Positions 1 through 9,011 of a DNA stretch of 23,134 bases are shown in pieces (the first letter of the stretch is position 1; the number at the start of each line of letters is the position of its first letter). Under the pieces are notes generated by a model. That model was not told where the DNA came from. It saw nothing but the letters and a program-made list of their open reading frames with translations, and did no database searches. Source of the stretch: Terrimicrobiaceae bacterium (GTDB lineage: Bacteria; Verrucomicrobiota; Verrucomicrobiia; Chthoniobacterales; Terrimicrobiaceae); assembly GCA_041752695.1 (NCBI GenBank), contig JBGSVZ010000051.1, forward strand, positions 1-23,134, in the 5' to 3' direction. The translations under genes were made by a program, and so were the position numbers.

Positions 1-121
1 GGAGTTTTCGCTTTGGACGCAATGAGAATCCACAGATCACCACAACCAATAACAACACCTTTCCAAGCGAACCTCGCATAACCTATTTTACCGCTCTTTT
101 GGTCGGAAAATGGGGTCCACC

Positions 122-637
122 TCAGACCGCACCTGTGGTGCTCTCCACTGGAGAATTCTCTATCGCTGGTGTCGCCACGGTTTCCACGGCACGTTTGCTC
201 TCGGGAGAAAGCTTGGTCCCGAAATACGCTCCGACCAACCCGGCGACAATCGCCAGTGCAGCCAAGGCCAAGCACGCAGGGACAAGCCAGGCTCGTTTGG
301 GTCGAGTATCCTGGCTTGGGAAATCAGAAGTAAGCTGTGGTCTTTCGGCAATGAGGCTTTCCAACGTGGAATAATCATCCTCGCCTTCAATTTTTGCCTG
401 AACCAGACCCGGAAGGCATCCTTCGTTGCGAAGAAAAAGAATTTCCTCCCATGTGAATGGACCGACATCGGAGCCTTCGTTCCAGAGGCCGGAGTCCTCA
501 ATGGAAAGAACCTCCTCGCTCTCATCGATTCGAATCGTGTCGGTATAAGTCCATTCTCCCTTTTTGAGGCCGACGTAAATCTCGATCCATGAAAAAGGAC
601 CAAGCTCATTTTCATTCTGAACGACGTAAACATTCAT
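122..637 (-). CDS. Tandem GYF_2 (DUF4339)-like domain protein with C-terminal TM helix
   Basis: Two GPF(S/T)WxEI motifs (ELGPFSWIEI, DVGPFTWEEI) typical of GYF_2, followed by a hydrophobic helix (AWLVPACLALAALAIVAGLVGAYF). Confidence 0.7.
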   Translation of the reverse strand: MNVYVVQNENELGPFSWIEIYVGLKKGEWTYTDTIRIDESEEVLSIEDSGLWNEGSDVGPFTWEEILFLRNEGCLPGLVQAKIEGEDDYSTLESLIAERPQLTSDFPSQDTRPKRAWLVPACLALAALAIVAGLVGAYFGTKLSPESKRAVETVATPAIENSPVESTTGAV

Positions 638-712
638 AATGGGGCAATGGGTGGAATCAAGTGAGCCAAAGAATGACCTGACCTGCGCCGCGGGAAGCAG
701 TTCAGAAGGTGT

Positions 713-1534
713 TTACTGTCCATGGATCGTCCTCCATTCATCCAGAAGTTGCTGAGTTGGGAGCCACGCGGTCAGCGATGGATAGGTTTTGGCCTCGGTT
801 TCTGAGACCACGACTTTTCGGTCGATGTCCAAAAAAGCAGAGTCCGCAACCCGGTTCTGCAAAATCGCCGTAAAGTAATTCATGACGAATTGATCCAGTC
901 CGGGTGATCCGGTGTGGCCCGTGCGTGGAAGGCTGATCCAAAGCCATGGCTTTCCCACCGCTCGCCCTTGCTTGAAATAGATCAAGGAAGCGCCGTATCG
1001 ATGATCTTCATCCCCGCAGGCCACAATTCCAGGGGGAGTGTCCCCGGACTTCTCGGGTTCATCCCACCACCCGGCTGAATATGCCGTCCACGTTAAGACT
1101 CGCTTGGGATTCCATTCGACAAAGCGACTCGTAAAGTGTGCCCCACCGGAGGTGCCGTAAAGGAGAAGGGGCAAATCGCGACCGAAAAGTTTCCGAATCC
1201 CTTTAAGCAGGAGTTCGCCGGAGCCGTTTTCAACATAGTAATATCCAGTCCCGTCATTGATGGCACTGATAGAAGAGGCAAACGAGAGGCCAACGAGTCC
1301 AAGTTGATTTGCCTTGGCAAATTCGACCCATTTGCGCGAACGAATCAACCCTTCTCCATTGCCATTGACTCCCGGACATAGAATGAGAATGGCCTTCGGA
1401 TTTTTTACCGTTTCGACTTGATGGAGGTCAGCCCTTGTCATGTGGGGTGCGGGCTCCAGCCGCAAAGTCTCGAATTTCTCGGCAGCGTTCGCCCAGACAA
1501 TGCCCGACAAAAATATTGCTCCCGCCAGTTTCAT
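713..1534 (-). CDS. Exported alpha/beta-hydrolase fold protein
   Basis: Start reassigned to ATG 1534, which overlaps the ABC stop as ATGA. Signal peptide MKLAGAIFLSGIVWANA; nucleophile elbow YGTSGG; candidate Asp (GDED) and His (RTGH). Confidence 0.78.
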   Translation of the reverse strand: MKLAGAIFLSGIVWANAAEKFETLRLEPAPHMTRADLHQVETVKNPKAILILCPGVNGNGEGLIRSRKWVEFAKANQLGLVGLSFASSISAINDGTGYYYVENGSGELLLKGIRKLFGRDLPLLLYGTSGGAHFTSRFVEWNPKRVLTWTAYSAGWWDEPEKSGDTPPGIVACGDEDHRYGASLIYFKQGRAVGKPWLWISLPRTGHTGSPGLDQFVMNYFTAILQNRVADSAFLDIDRKVVVSETEAKTYPSLTAWLPTQQLLDEWRTIHGQ

Positions 1535-3222
1535 TCCGTCCTCCGTTTCACAGATGCGGTGAGGAAAATCGCTGCCACGAGTGCCAACAGCACATGAACC
1601 CCCAGCACAGACATTCCCAGGGCATAGGGAGCCACCCATGTCTCGCTGGACTGGCGAACGATGTCAAAATACCGGGTGTCGCGAAAGGTCTGCAAATATC
1701 CGCTCCATCCCCAATACGCGGCAATGAAAGGACGACAAATCGTGCTCAGCCAATCGGGCAGAGCCAGCGCAGCGCCGGAAAGCGGGAGTTGAAAGCCCAC
1801 GAGGTAGATCGCCAGCAGCGACGCTCGTTCGGGCGACGGTGAGGCGGCGGAAATCGCCAAACAGGTCGTGCTCATGGCGAGCGTGGTAGCGAACAGAATC
1901 GCAAATTGATCGAGGAGATTCCCCGGAAACCCACAGATAGTTTTGACAAACCAAGCCATCCAAAAGGCTTGAATCATGCAAAGGAGGGCAATTTGGAGGA
2001 ATTTTACTCCGACATAGGCGGTGGGAGATAGTCCCGCTCTCAATTCTTTGGCGAGAATGCCGCGTTCCTTGGCAATCTCCCGCGCTCCGTTATTCGCCCC
2101 GATCAGGGTAAGAAGAATCACCTGGAACATGGCCAGCCCGGAAATGAGTGATGCAGCCTGAAACGACTCCTTGAGATAGAACAGTTGCTCTTGGAGAGTA
2201 AGGAGAATGTTGGTCTCCAAGGAAAGCGTTTGGCTCCGCACCTGCGGCAAACCGCTAGTGGCAAATACTGCAACGAGGAACGGAAAGGTCAGAATCAGCG
2301 CGACGTGAAGGACGATTTGTCCCCGATCCCGCCAGAATAATTTTGCCTGGCGGGCGAGCAGGGTTGGAAATTGCACGAGTCCGCTGGGCGGCGGCATCGA
2401 TTTGATCGTAATCGATTCGTCCCTGTGCGCTGGTTGGGAGTCTTCTGAGGCATGATCGAAGGGGGAGAGATCCAGCTCTTGGGTTTGATAGATCCCAAAG
2501 AGTTCGGCAATCGAAGTCACCCCATGAGAATCCAGCAATGACTGATAGTCGCCGTAATGAATGAGGCGTCCCTTGTGCAGGAACATGATGGCGTCACAAT
2601 AATGCAGGTTATTAGTCGCGTGGGTGACCAAAACCACGGTTTTTGACATGTTGTGCGCGAGGTCTTTTAACCAGGTCATCATTTCCTGATCGGAGAAGGC
2701 ATCCAATCCGCTGGTTAATTCATCGAGCAGCAGAAAGGCTGGGTCGCCAATCAATTCCTCGGCCAAAGCCATCCGGCGCATCTGCCCACCGGATAGGGTG
2801 CGGTATTCTTGGGGAAGGAATGGTCCGATTCTCGCGAGATCGGATATATGGTTCATCCACGCCTGTCTTCGATCTTCTGAAACCTTGCGAGGCAGCCGCA
2901 AGGCTGCGGCGGTATCCAGATTTTCTTCAACCGTCAGTTGTTCGTGAAATGCCCCGAACTGAGGAAGGTAGCCAACCGCGAGCGGTAAATGCTCGTTGAG
3001 GTCTTGAACGGTCTGGTCCGCGAAATGAATCTGCCCGGATGAAGGTTCGATCAATCCGGCCAGCGATTTGATCAACGTGCTTTTTCCACAGCCAGACGCG
3101 CCAATGACGGCGATAAACTTCCCTCTCTCGACCTCGAAATTAACGTTGGAGAGAAGCGTCTTGATTCGACGCTTTTCCCGGACGGTGATCGAAAGATTGC
3201 GGACACTAATTGCGCAGGCCAT
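1531..3222 (-). CDS. ABC transporter, ATPase fused to ABC-2-type permease (ABCG-like half transporter)
   Basis: Walker A GASGCGKST, Q-loop GYLPQ, signature LSGGQ, Walker B LLLDE, H-loop VTH; C-terminal half has about 6 TM helices. Confidence 0.93.
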   Translation of the reverse strand: MACAISVRNLSITVREKRRIKTLLSNVNFEVERGKFIAVIGASGCGKSTLIKSLAGLIEPSSGQIHFADQTVQDLNEHLPLAVGYLPQFGAFHEQLTVEENLDTAAALRLPRKVSEDRRQAWMNHISDLARIGPFLPQEYRTLSGGQMRRMALAEELIGDPAFLLLDELTSGLDAFSDQEMMTWLKDLAHNMSKTVVLVTHATNNLHYCDAIMFLHKGRLIHYGDYQSLLDSHGVTSIAELFGIYQTQELDLSPFDHASEDSQPAHRDESITIKSMPPPSGLVQFPTLLARQAKLFWRDRGQIVLHVALILTFPFLVAVFATSGLPQVRSQTLSLETNILLTLQEQLFYLKESFQAASLISGLAMFQVILLTLIGANNGAREIAKERGILAKELRAGLSPTAYVGVKFLQIALLCMIQAFWMAWFVKTICGFPGNLLDQFAILFATTLAMSTTCLAISAASPSPERASLLAIYLVGFQLPLSGAALALPDWLSTICRPFIAAYWGWSGYLQTFRDTRYFDIVRQSSETWVAPYALGMSVLGVHVLLALVAAIFLTASVKRRTE

Positions 3223-3243
3223 CCGGTCGGTCCCATTTTCCCG

Positions 3244-5199
3244 TCACATCTTCGTCCCAAGCAATTGCTTGCTCAGACGGTCGATGCCTTGATTGGCGAT
3301 CTGGCTGGCTGGGTATTGTCGCTGGGCATTCACATACCAAGTGAGACTGTATCCCACTTCATTGCGTCCCTCTGCATCCCGCGCCTTGTTTACGGCTGAT
3401 ACAAACTCGGCGCTACGGCCCGCAAGGTCCGCCCGCAGCTTGTTGAGCTTTTTGTCATCGGGCAGGTTGACCGCCGCAAGCTCGATGGTTTCCCAAGCTC
3501 CGAAAGAGTCGCCATTCATCATCATGACGTTGGCCTTCTCGGATGCGACTTCCGCGTCTTTGATGGCAAGGAGGGCGGTTTTCAAAGCCTCTTCACGTTT
3601 CGGATCGCCTTTGATTGCCGGAGCAAAGCCCAATTGTTTGTCGAAAATGGCGCGGTAGTTTTGCTCTTCAACCAATCGGTCGAATTCCACCAAGGATTGA
3701 GATTTTATGTCCTGAGTGTCGAAGAATGATAATGCCTTGTCTTCCAAATCGGGATTGCCCGGCCACGCTTCGGCGGCAGCCTGAAATTCCTCCATCGCAA
3801 GTTTGAGGTCGCCTTGTTGTGCGGCCAGTTTCGCTTTGCCGAGGCGCATTTTGCTCTCCAGCTTCACCGCATTGACGATGGCCATGGGTTTGGTGGTGTC
3901 GAAATCCGTGGCAGATTTCTTGATGCCTTGAAGGAGAGATTCCAAATTGCCGAAATCACGGGCTTCAATCAAATTCCGCATTTGGTCGAGGCCAGCGATG
4001 AAGTCGGCAACTTTCTCTTTAAGCGAGCGGTCCAGTCCGAGCACAGCCGGGTTGAGTTCGCTGACCATAAATGCTTTTTGGAGACTGTCACTGGCCCCGG
4101 CAAGCTGGCCTCGATCCGCCTTATATTTGAAAACCTCGACGGACGACTGAACATCCCGATTGATTTCCAGAGAGGCATTCACCTGTTTGGCCATGTCCGC
4201 CGGGTACTCGCCTTCCTGGAAAACCTTCCGGTAGAAATCGGCGGCAAGGACAACGTGATTCAGGCGTCCACTGTCGAACAAAGTAGAAATATATTCGGAA
4301 AAGTCGGCCTTGGCCTGCTCGACCAATTTTTCCTGCCGAAATTCATTGAGCTTTATTTTGGCTTTGAGTTCGAGCGAGCGAAGGTATTCCTCCGTCAGTT
4401 GAAGTTTCCCTTCGAGACCGGCAACGCTGGGCTGAACCGTGGTGCCCCCGCCGGTCGGTGCCATGGGGACACCGCCATTCGGTAAATTTTGTTGTTGGCC
4501 ACCCTGCTGTTGATCCCGGCGCTGGCCCTGATTCAAACGGCGCTGATTTTCGATGTCTTGGTCCATGACCTGAGTGGAGATCATGTCCGCATTGCGATTC
4601 GCGGTTTTTACATCTTTGCGAATTTGCTCATTCTTCCGATCCAAGTTGACCGTGGCGCGGTCGGTGTTCCAAATCGATTCGACGCGGTTGGCCAGTTCGC
4701 GGCTGATTCCGGCATCAATGATGGTGTAATCAGCCAACTCGTGGAGTTGCTTCCAGGCCGGGAAAAGCTGGTTGTCACGCAACAGCGTGGAAACCACCCT
4801 CATCTTGGCGAAATACTCGTCGAGGGTTTCTTGTGGAACGGGGGCCATCCCAAGATACCGCTCGAATCTCGCCCTCGTTTCCGGGTCTTCATTCCGGGGA
4901 ATCCCAACAGCGTCCTCGGCAATCGCCTTGGCCTCGGTTCGTTTTCCAGCATCGAGAGCCTGCTTGCCTGCCGTTCCGTCCTGGGGTTTCCGATTCATCA
5001 GGTAGTCCAGCGCAGCGGACGTATCGCTTTTGTCCGCTGCTCCGGTGGCAGCATTGGCGGCGTTTTGCTGCCCATCTGAGTTCGGAGGAATCGCAGCCGG
5101 TGGGGCGACTTCCGCCGGTGGCGGCGAAGCTTCTTGTGCCCAAGCCATTGAACTGGCCGCAAAAACTGCGGCGCTAATTTTTCCGAATGGAATTCGCAT
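3244..5199 (-). CDS. Large exported alpha-helical / coiled-coil (TPR-like) protein
   Basis: 651-aa ORF; signal peptide ending AWA|QE; Pro/Ala linker; Gln-rich patch; TPR-like segments (LAMEEFQAAAEAWPGN, YVNAQRQYPAS). Confidence 0.78.
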   Translation of the reverse strand: MRIPFGKISAAVFAASSMAWAQEASPPPAEVAPPAAIPPNSDGQQNAANAATGAADKSDTSAALDYLMNRKPQDGTAGKQALDAGKRTEAKAIAEDAVGIPRNEDPETRARFERYLGMAPVPQETLDEYFAKMRVVSTLLRDNQLFPAWKQLHELADYTIIDAGISRELANRVESIWNTDRATVNLDRKNEQIRKDVKTANRNADMISTQVMDQDIENQRRLNQGQRRDQQQGGQQQNLPNGGVPMAPTGGGTTVQPSVAGLEGKLQLTEEYLRSLELKAKIKLNEFRQEKLVEQAKADFSEYISTLFDSGRLNHVVLAADFYRKVFQEGEYPADMAKQVNASLEINRDVQSSVEVFKYKADRGQLAGASDSLQKAFMVSELNPAVLGLDRSLKEKVADFIAGLDQMRNLIEARDFGNLESLLQGIKKSATDFDTTKPMAIVNAVKLESKMRLGKAKLAAQQGDLKLAMEEFQAAAEAWPGNPDLEDKALSFFDTQDIKSQSLVEFDRLVEEQNYRAIFDKQLGFAPAIKGDPKREEALKTALLAIKDAEVASEKANVMMMNGDSFGAWETIELAAVNLPDDKKLNKLRADLAGRSAEFVSAVNKARDAEGRNEVGYSLTWYVNAQRQYPASQIANQGIDRLSKQLLGTKM

Positions 5200-5644
5200 A
5201 AATCAATCCTCCTTCTTTCACCTCAAGCTCCGCTTGATAGGCTTGGCCCTTGGTAAAATATATTTCGGCGAGGCTCGGCGGGATCATGACAACGATCGGA
5301 CGCGGATCGTCACGAAGGGAGAAAACCATGATGCGCCCAACGCCCTCCTTCCAGCCCAAGTCGTTTTCTACCCGAAGACTGCCCTGAAACTTGGAGCCAG
5401 CGAGAGCCTTGTAGCTATCCATGTATTTGGCGACCGGGAACTCTTCCAGGGTCCGTAAAGGGTCATTGAGATAGCGGACAAGGAAGAAGCCCGCTACTGC
5501 GGCTATCAAACAAACGACGACAGCCAAAGTGATCCAAAGACCGACACGACTCTTGCCTCGTTTCTGGAAGGCATGACTCTCCGTATCGGAAAACGGCGAT
5601 ATAACCGGACTCCCGGATGGTTCACTTGGCTGATTTGCCTGCAT
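5174..5644 (-). CDS. Single-pass membrane protein with small beta-rich (OB-fold-like) extracytoplasmic domain
   Basis: Probable start ATG 5644; TM LWITLAVVVCLIAAVAGFFLV; beta-strand pattern at C-terminus; 3' end overlaps the start of the 651-aa gene. Fold is inferred. Confidence 0.7.
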   Translation of the reverse strand: MQANQPSEPSGSPVISPFSDTESHAFQKRGKSRVGLWITLAVVVCLIAAVAGFFLVRYLNDPLRTLEEFPVAKYMDSYKALAGSKFQGSLRVENDLGWKEGVGRIMVFSLRDDPRPIVVMIPPSLAEIYFTKGQAYQAELEVKEGGLIYANSIRKN

Positions 5645-5839
5645 CGCTGGGACTCTGGAGAAGCCGCGCAAAAAATTCAAGAAGAGAGCGCATCGAACAT
5701 TTGTGAGAGTCCCCGAATAGTGCCTTCTGAGTATTTGTGCGTGAAAACCGGTCGCAACCTCCTAAAGTGAGGACTTCATTGCACAGGCAAACATTTTGGA
5801 TTTCTATTCCTTCTGGACTGAAATTCGCCGCAAAGATAC

Positions 5840-6472
5840 TCAGTGTGACGCATCAGGAGTGGACGTCCGCCGAATCAAAATATCCCTCACCTGCCTGTTG
5901 CCAGCGTCATCTGGAAAAAAAACATTGATTTTTTCGTAAATCTGCGAAGCAACGGATGGATCGAGCCCGCTTTTTACGACTGCACTATATTGCATGAGCA
6001 ATTTTTCATAAAGCTCGTTTAATTTTGACTGCTTTTCATAGACTTCTGCATATGCTCTGTTCGCAGCGATTGCAGCCTCATATTCTTGGCGCTTTATGGG
6101 ATCTGTGATACTTTTTGGATCAGCTCCAGATGACGCCATAACTCCGGCGGGAGGAAGAACATTGGCCGCAGGAAGTTTGCTAAAATCAAAACCAGGGTCA
6201 CGGTTTAGGTTGACTAACTGTATCGCAAGTAGAATTGAATTCAAATATTCAACTTGAGAAGAACTGTTTTCCTTAATTTGCAATCCTGCAGAGGTATCTA
6301 CAATCATTTTTCTAAGCTGTTCGATTTCAGTTAACGAAACATTTTTTTTGCCTTGGTTTTGCTCAACAAATTCTTTCACATCACTGAAAGCGTTACCTGC
6401 ATGTGCTAAATTTGAGAAGCCGATAAAAAATAGCGCGACGTGCGCTGATAGAATGTATATTTTGTATTTCAT
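5840..6472 (-). CDS. Exported helical protein, candidate immunity protein
   Basis: Signal peptide ending LAHA|G; visibly AT-rich; starts 6 nt after the 401-aa gene; motif SGADPKSITDPIKRQEYEAAIAAN. Confidence 0.75.
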   Translation of the reverse strand: MKYKIYILSAHVALFFIGFSNLAHAGNAFSDVKEFVEQNQGKKNVSLTEIEQLRKMIVDTSAGLQIKENSSSQVEYLNSILLAIQLVNLNRDPGFDFSKLPAANVLPPAGVMASSGADPKSITDPIKRQEYEAAIAANRAYAEVYEKQSKLNELYEKLLMQYSAVVKSGLDPSVASQIYEKINVFFPDDAGNRQVRDILIRRTSTPDASH

Positions 6473-6478
6473 GATGAG

Positions 6479-7684
6479 CTAAGGTTGAACGGCTTGGGAA
6501 CTCAGTTGTTTTTTTGTCAGGGTCAACGTGGCTTTTCCGGAATTTATTGTTACCTTCTCTTCGTGATCCACTGTGGCAAATGGATATGAATTTCCGTTTA
6601 TCTCGTAACTCCACGGAATTGCCCACTTGAAAGCACCAGGAGAATACGCAGGCGGATAGGAGCCCGTTGAAATGTTGTCGTATCCACTACATTTCCACCC
6701 TTTGCCTGCAGTCATAGAGCTTGTCACCTGAAGAGCGACGCCTGGCGTGTGGACTTCCCCATTTTTCCCAGACAGGTAGCCCGACGCAACACCGGTGCAT
6801 GTTTGCTCCGCGATTTTAATCTTCGAAAAGTTAACATCTTCTGGGCCGATATACCAGTCCGCTGTAGTAACAACTCGTAAAAAGCTAGATGTGGCCGTAT
6901 TGCTTTCAGAAGTTTTATCAATGTAAACCGAACTAGGCGCAACCACTGTGAAAGTTGTATCTTTGGATATTCCCTTGAAAGCAGCAGTTAGCTTCGGTGA
7001 TTTTGCAGTTTCTGGGGCAGTAAGGGTGACAGTCGATCCACTTGCTGGACTAACCGAAGCATCTGTCGTTGTCCAGTTTACAGTTATACTGGCTGGCTTA
7101 AAAATCGCTTTAACCTCCTCTCCAACACCTAATTTTGTGCGCTTTCTGTCCGAAGGGGTCGTGGCTACAGTTTCGGTTTCTATTTGGTAAACTAAGATTG
7201 TTATCTCATCGCTGGCCTGAGTATTGCTTTTCGACGCAACGCCACCGGTCCAACCTTGCGAACACGTTTTATACTTTTGCTCGATTTTGGTGACTTTGAA
7301 TTTGTATTCGTTTGGGGTAGTGGATTGAGTGATATCAATTTTGACAGTTGGCCCATCGGCGGGGTCTTGATTGCCCAGCGGCTTGGTGAATGTGTATTTT
7401 GGGTCACCATCGGTTTCCGGGGTTTCTTTCCGATCTCCGCACTTGCATTTTTCTTGATCGGTCGGACACGGCGTCTGGCCGCTTGCCGTCAACGTGACTG
7501 TCGTTGTCCCTTGCGCGGGAATCTCAACAACATAATAATTTTGGTCGCTCCCTGCCTGTGCGCCAGTTACCGAAATCGTCGGCTTCCCAGGATTTTCCTC
7601 ACACGCGCGAACCTCGATCTGCATGGAGATTCCGCCTCCGATAAGCAAGAGAAGGGCAAGCCACGTCGGTTTCTTTGTTTTCAT
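6479..7684 (-). CDS. Exported beta-rich protein, candidate effector
   Basis: Signal peptide MKTKKPTWLALLLLIGGG...VRA|C; Cys-rich N-terminal part; motif TVATTPSDRKRTKLGVGEEV; Thr-rich Ig-like strands. Confidence 0.8.
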   Translation of the reverse strand: MKTKKPTWLALLLLIGGGISMQIEVRACEENPGKPTISVTGAQAGSDQNYYVVEIPAQGTTTVTLTASGQTPCPTDQEKCKCGDRKETPETDGDPKYTFTKPLGNQDPADGPTVKIDITQSTTPNEYKFKVTKIEQKYKTCSQGWTGGVASKSNTQASDEITILVYQIETETVATTPSDRKRTKLGVGEEVKAIFKPASITVNWTTTDASVSPASGSTVTLTAPETAKSPKLTAAFKGISKDTTFTVVAPSSVYIDKTSESNTATSSFLRVVTTADWYIGPEDVNFSKIKIAEQTCTGVASGYLSGKNGEVHTPGVALQVTSSMTAGKGWKCSGYDNISTGSYPPAYSPGAFKWAIPWSYEINGNSYPFATVDHEEKVTINSGKATLTLTKKQLSSQAVQP

Positions 7685-7692
7685 ATTTTTTG

Positions 7693-7701
7693 AGCTATTG
7701 T
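7693..7701 (+). repeat. Left target-site duplication AGCTATTGT
   Basis: Identical 9-mer at 9003-9011, both directly abutting the IS termini. Confidence 0.92.
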
Positions 7702-9002
7702 CACGGGTGTCCGGTTGAGCGGTGAGTTTGATTTTGCAAGAAACGAAAAATGAGTGGTTTACGCGAAGAAAGTGATGTCACGCATTTGAATTTCGAGTCA
7801 TTTCCTGGAAGGCTCGCGGATGAACACTGGCCGCTACGTCCTTTCGCAGATTCTCGAACTTGTCGACCGCAAAACTCTCTCCCGTTTGGTGCAACGCTAC
7901 GATGCGGAGTCTCGGGTTCGACATTTTGGTTGTCGCCAGCAGTTCATCTGCATGGCGTTTGCGCAACTTACATGGCGGGAGGGGCTGCGGGACATTACCG
8001 AATGTCTCAATGCTCGCCCTGGCACGCTTTACCATCTGGGCTTTTCCGAACCGGTGGCCAAATCGACGCTGGCCGATGCCAACGAACAACGCGACTGGCG
8101 GCTTTGGGAGGATTTGGCAAATACGCTCATGCGCAAAGCCCGACCGCTCTACGCAGGCGAGGACTTGGGGCTGGACATCGCCAACACGATTTATGCTCTC
8201 GACTCGACGACTGTGGATCTCTCGCTCACGCTTTTTCCTTGGGCCAACTTCCGCAAAACGAAGGCCGGCATCAAGATGCACACGCAGATCGACCTGCGTG
8301 GCCCGATTCCTACCTGTGTGTTTGTCTCCGCTGCTCGTCAGCACGACGTGTGCTGGCTCGACGATCTGTATTTCGAAGCGGGAGCCTTTTACGTGATGGA
8401 TCGCGGCTACATGGACTTCCGACGCCTCCATCGCATCGCTCAATCGGGGGCTTTCTTCGTCACGCGAGCCAAGGACAACTTGCAATTCGCCAGACAACGC
8501 TCCCAGCCCGTGGACATGCGAACGGGACTGCGCAGCGACCAAATCGGAAAACCCAAGCTCGCCAAGGCGCGGGCGGCTTTTCCCTCGCTCTTGCGCAAAG
8601 TGCGGTATTACGACCAGGAAACTCGGCGCGATCTGATCTTTCTGACCAACAATCTCGATATCCCGGCACTGAGTGTCGCGACACTTTATCGTCTGCGATG
8701 GCGTATCGAATTGTTCTTCCGCTGGATCAAGGGCCATCTGCGCATCAAGCACTACTACGGCACCAGCTCCAATGCGGTGAAGACTCAAATCTGGATTGCC
8801 GTGTGCGTTTACCTCATGGTGGCCATCATTCACAAACAGCTCGACCTCCCGGGAACCATGCACAGAACTTTGCAACTCTTGAGCGTTCATCCCTTTGAGA
8901 AAGTTGCTCTCCATGAACTACTTACGGAAACTAATTTCAAAACTTTCACACCGCTAGATTCTAACCAATTGATGTTATGGGACTTATAACCGGACGCTCG
9001 TG
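7702..9002 (+). mobile_element. IS4-family insertion sequence (1301 bp), intact
   Basis: Terminal IRs CACGGGTGTCCGGTT (7702-7716) and AACCGGACGCTCGTG (8988-9002) match at 13/15; 9-bp TSD; single transposase ORF. Confidence 0.95.
7820..8989 (+). CDS. tnp: IS4-family DDE transposase (DUF4372 + DDE_Tnp_1)
   Basis: DDE motifs ALDST, VMDRGY and the YREK-type YRLRWRIELFFRWIK; DUF4372-like N-terminus. The stop codon overlaps the right IR. Confidence 0.95.
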   Translation: MNTGRYVLSQILELVDRKTLSRLVQRYDAESRVRHFGCRQQFICMAFAQLTWREGLRDITECLNARPGTLYHLGFSEPVAKSTLADANEQRDWRLWEDLANTLMRKARPLYAGEDLGLDIANTIYALDSTTVDLSLTLFPWANFRKTKAGIKMHTQIDLRGPIPTCVFVSAARQHDVCWLDDLYFEAGAFYVMDRGYMDFRRLHRIAQSGAFFVTRAKDNLQFARQRSQPVDMRTGLRSDQIGKPKLAKARAAFPSLLRKVRYYDQETRRDLIFLTNNLDIPALSVATLYRLRWRIELFFRWIKGHLRIKHYYGTSSNAVKTQIWIAVCVYLMVAIIHKQLDLPGTMHRTLQLLSVHPFEKVALHELLTETNFKTFTPLDSNQLMLWDL

Positions 9003-9011
9003 AGCTATTGT
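9003..9011 (+). repeat. Right target-site duplication AGCTATTGT
   Basis: Duplicate of 7693-7701; contains the TAG stop (CTA at 9005-9007) of the YD gene. Confidence 0.92.

Noticed and set aside
1..121. Possible gene start at ATG 79 (MRGSLGKVLLLVVVICG...) or another open minus-strand frame running off the edge
   Set aside because: Too short and truncated to choose between frames.
7750..8914. 382-aa (+) and 378-aa (-) ORFs overlapping the transposase
   Set aside because: Alternative-frame and antisense shadows with no recognisable motifs.
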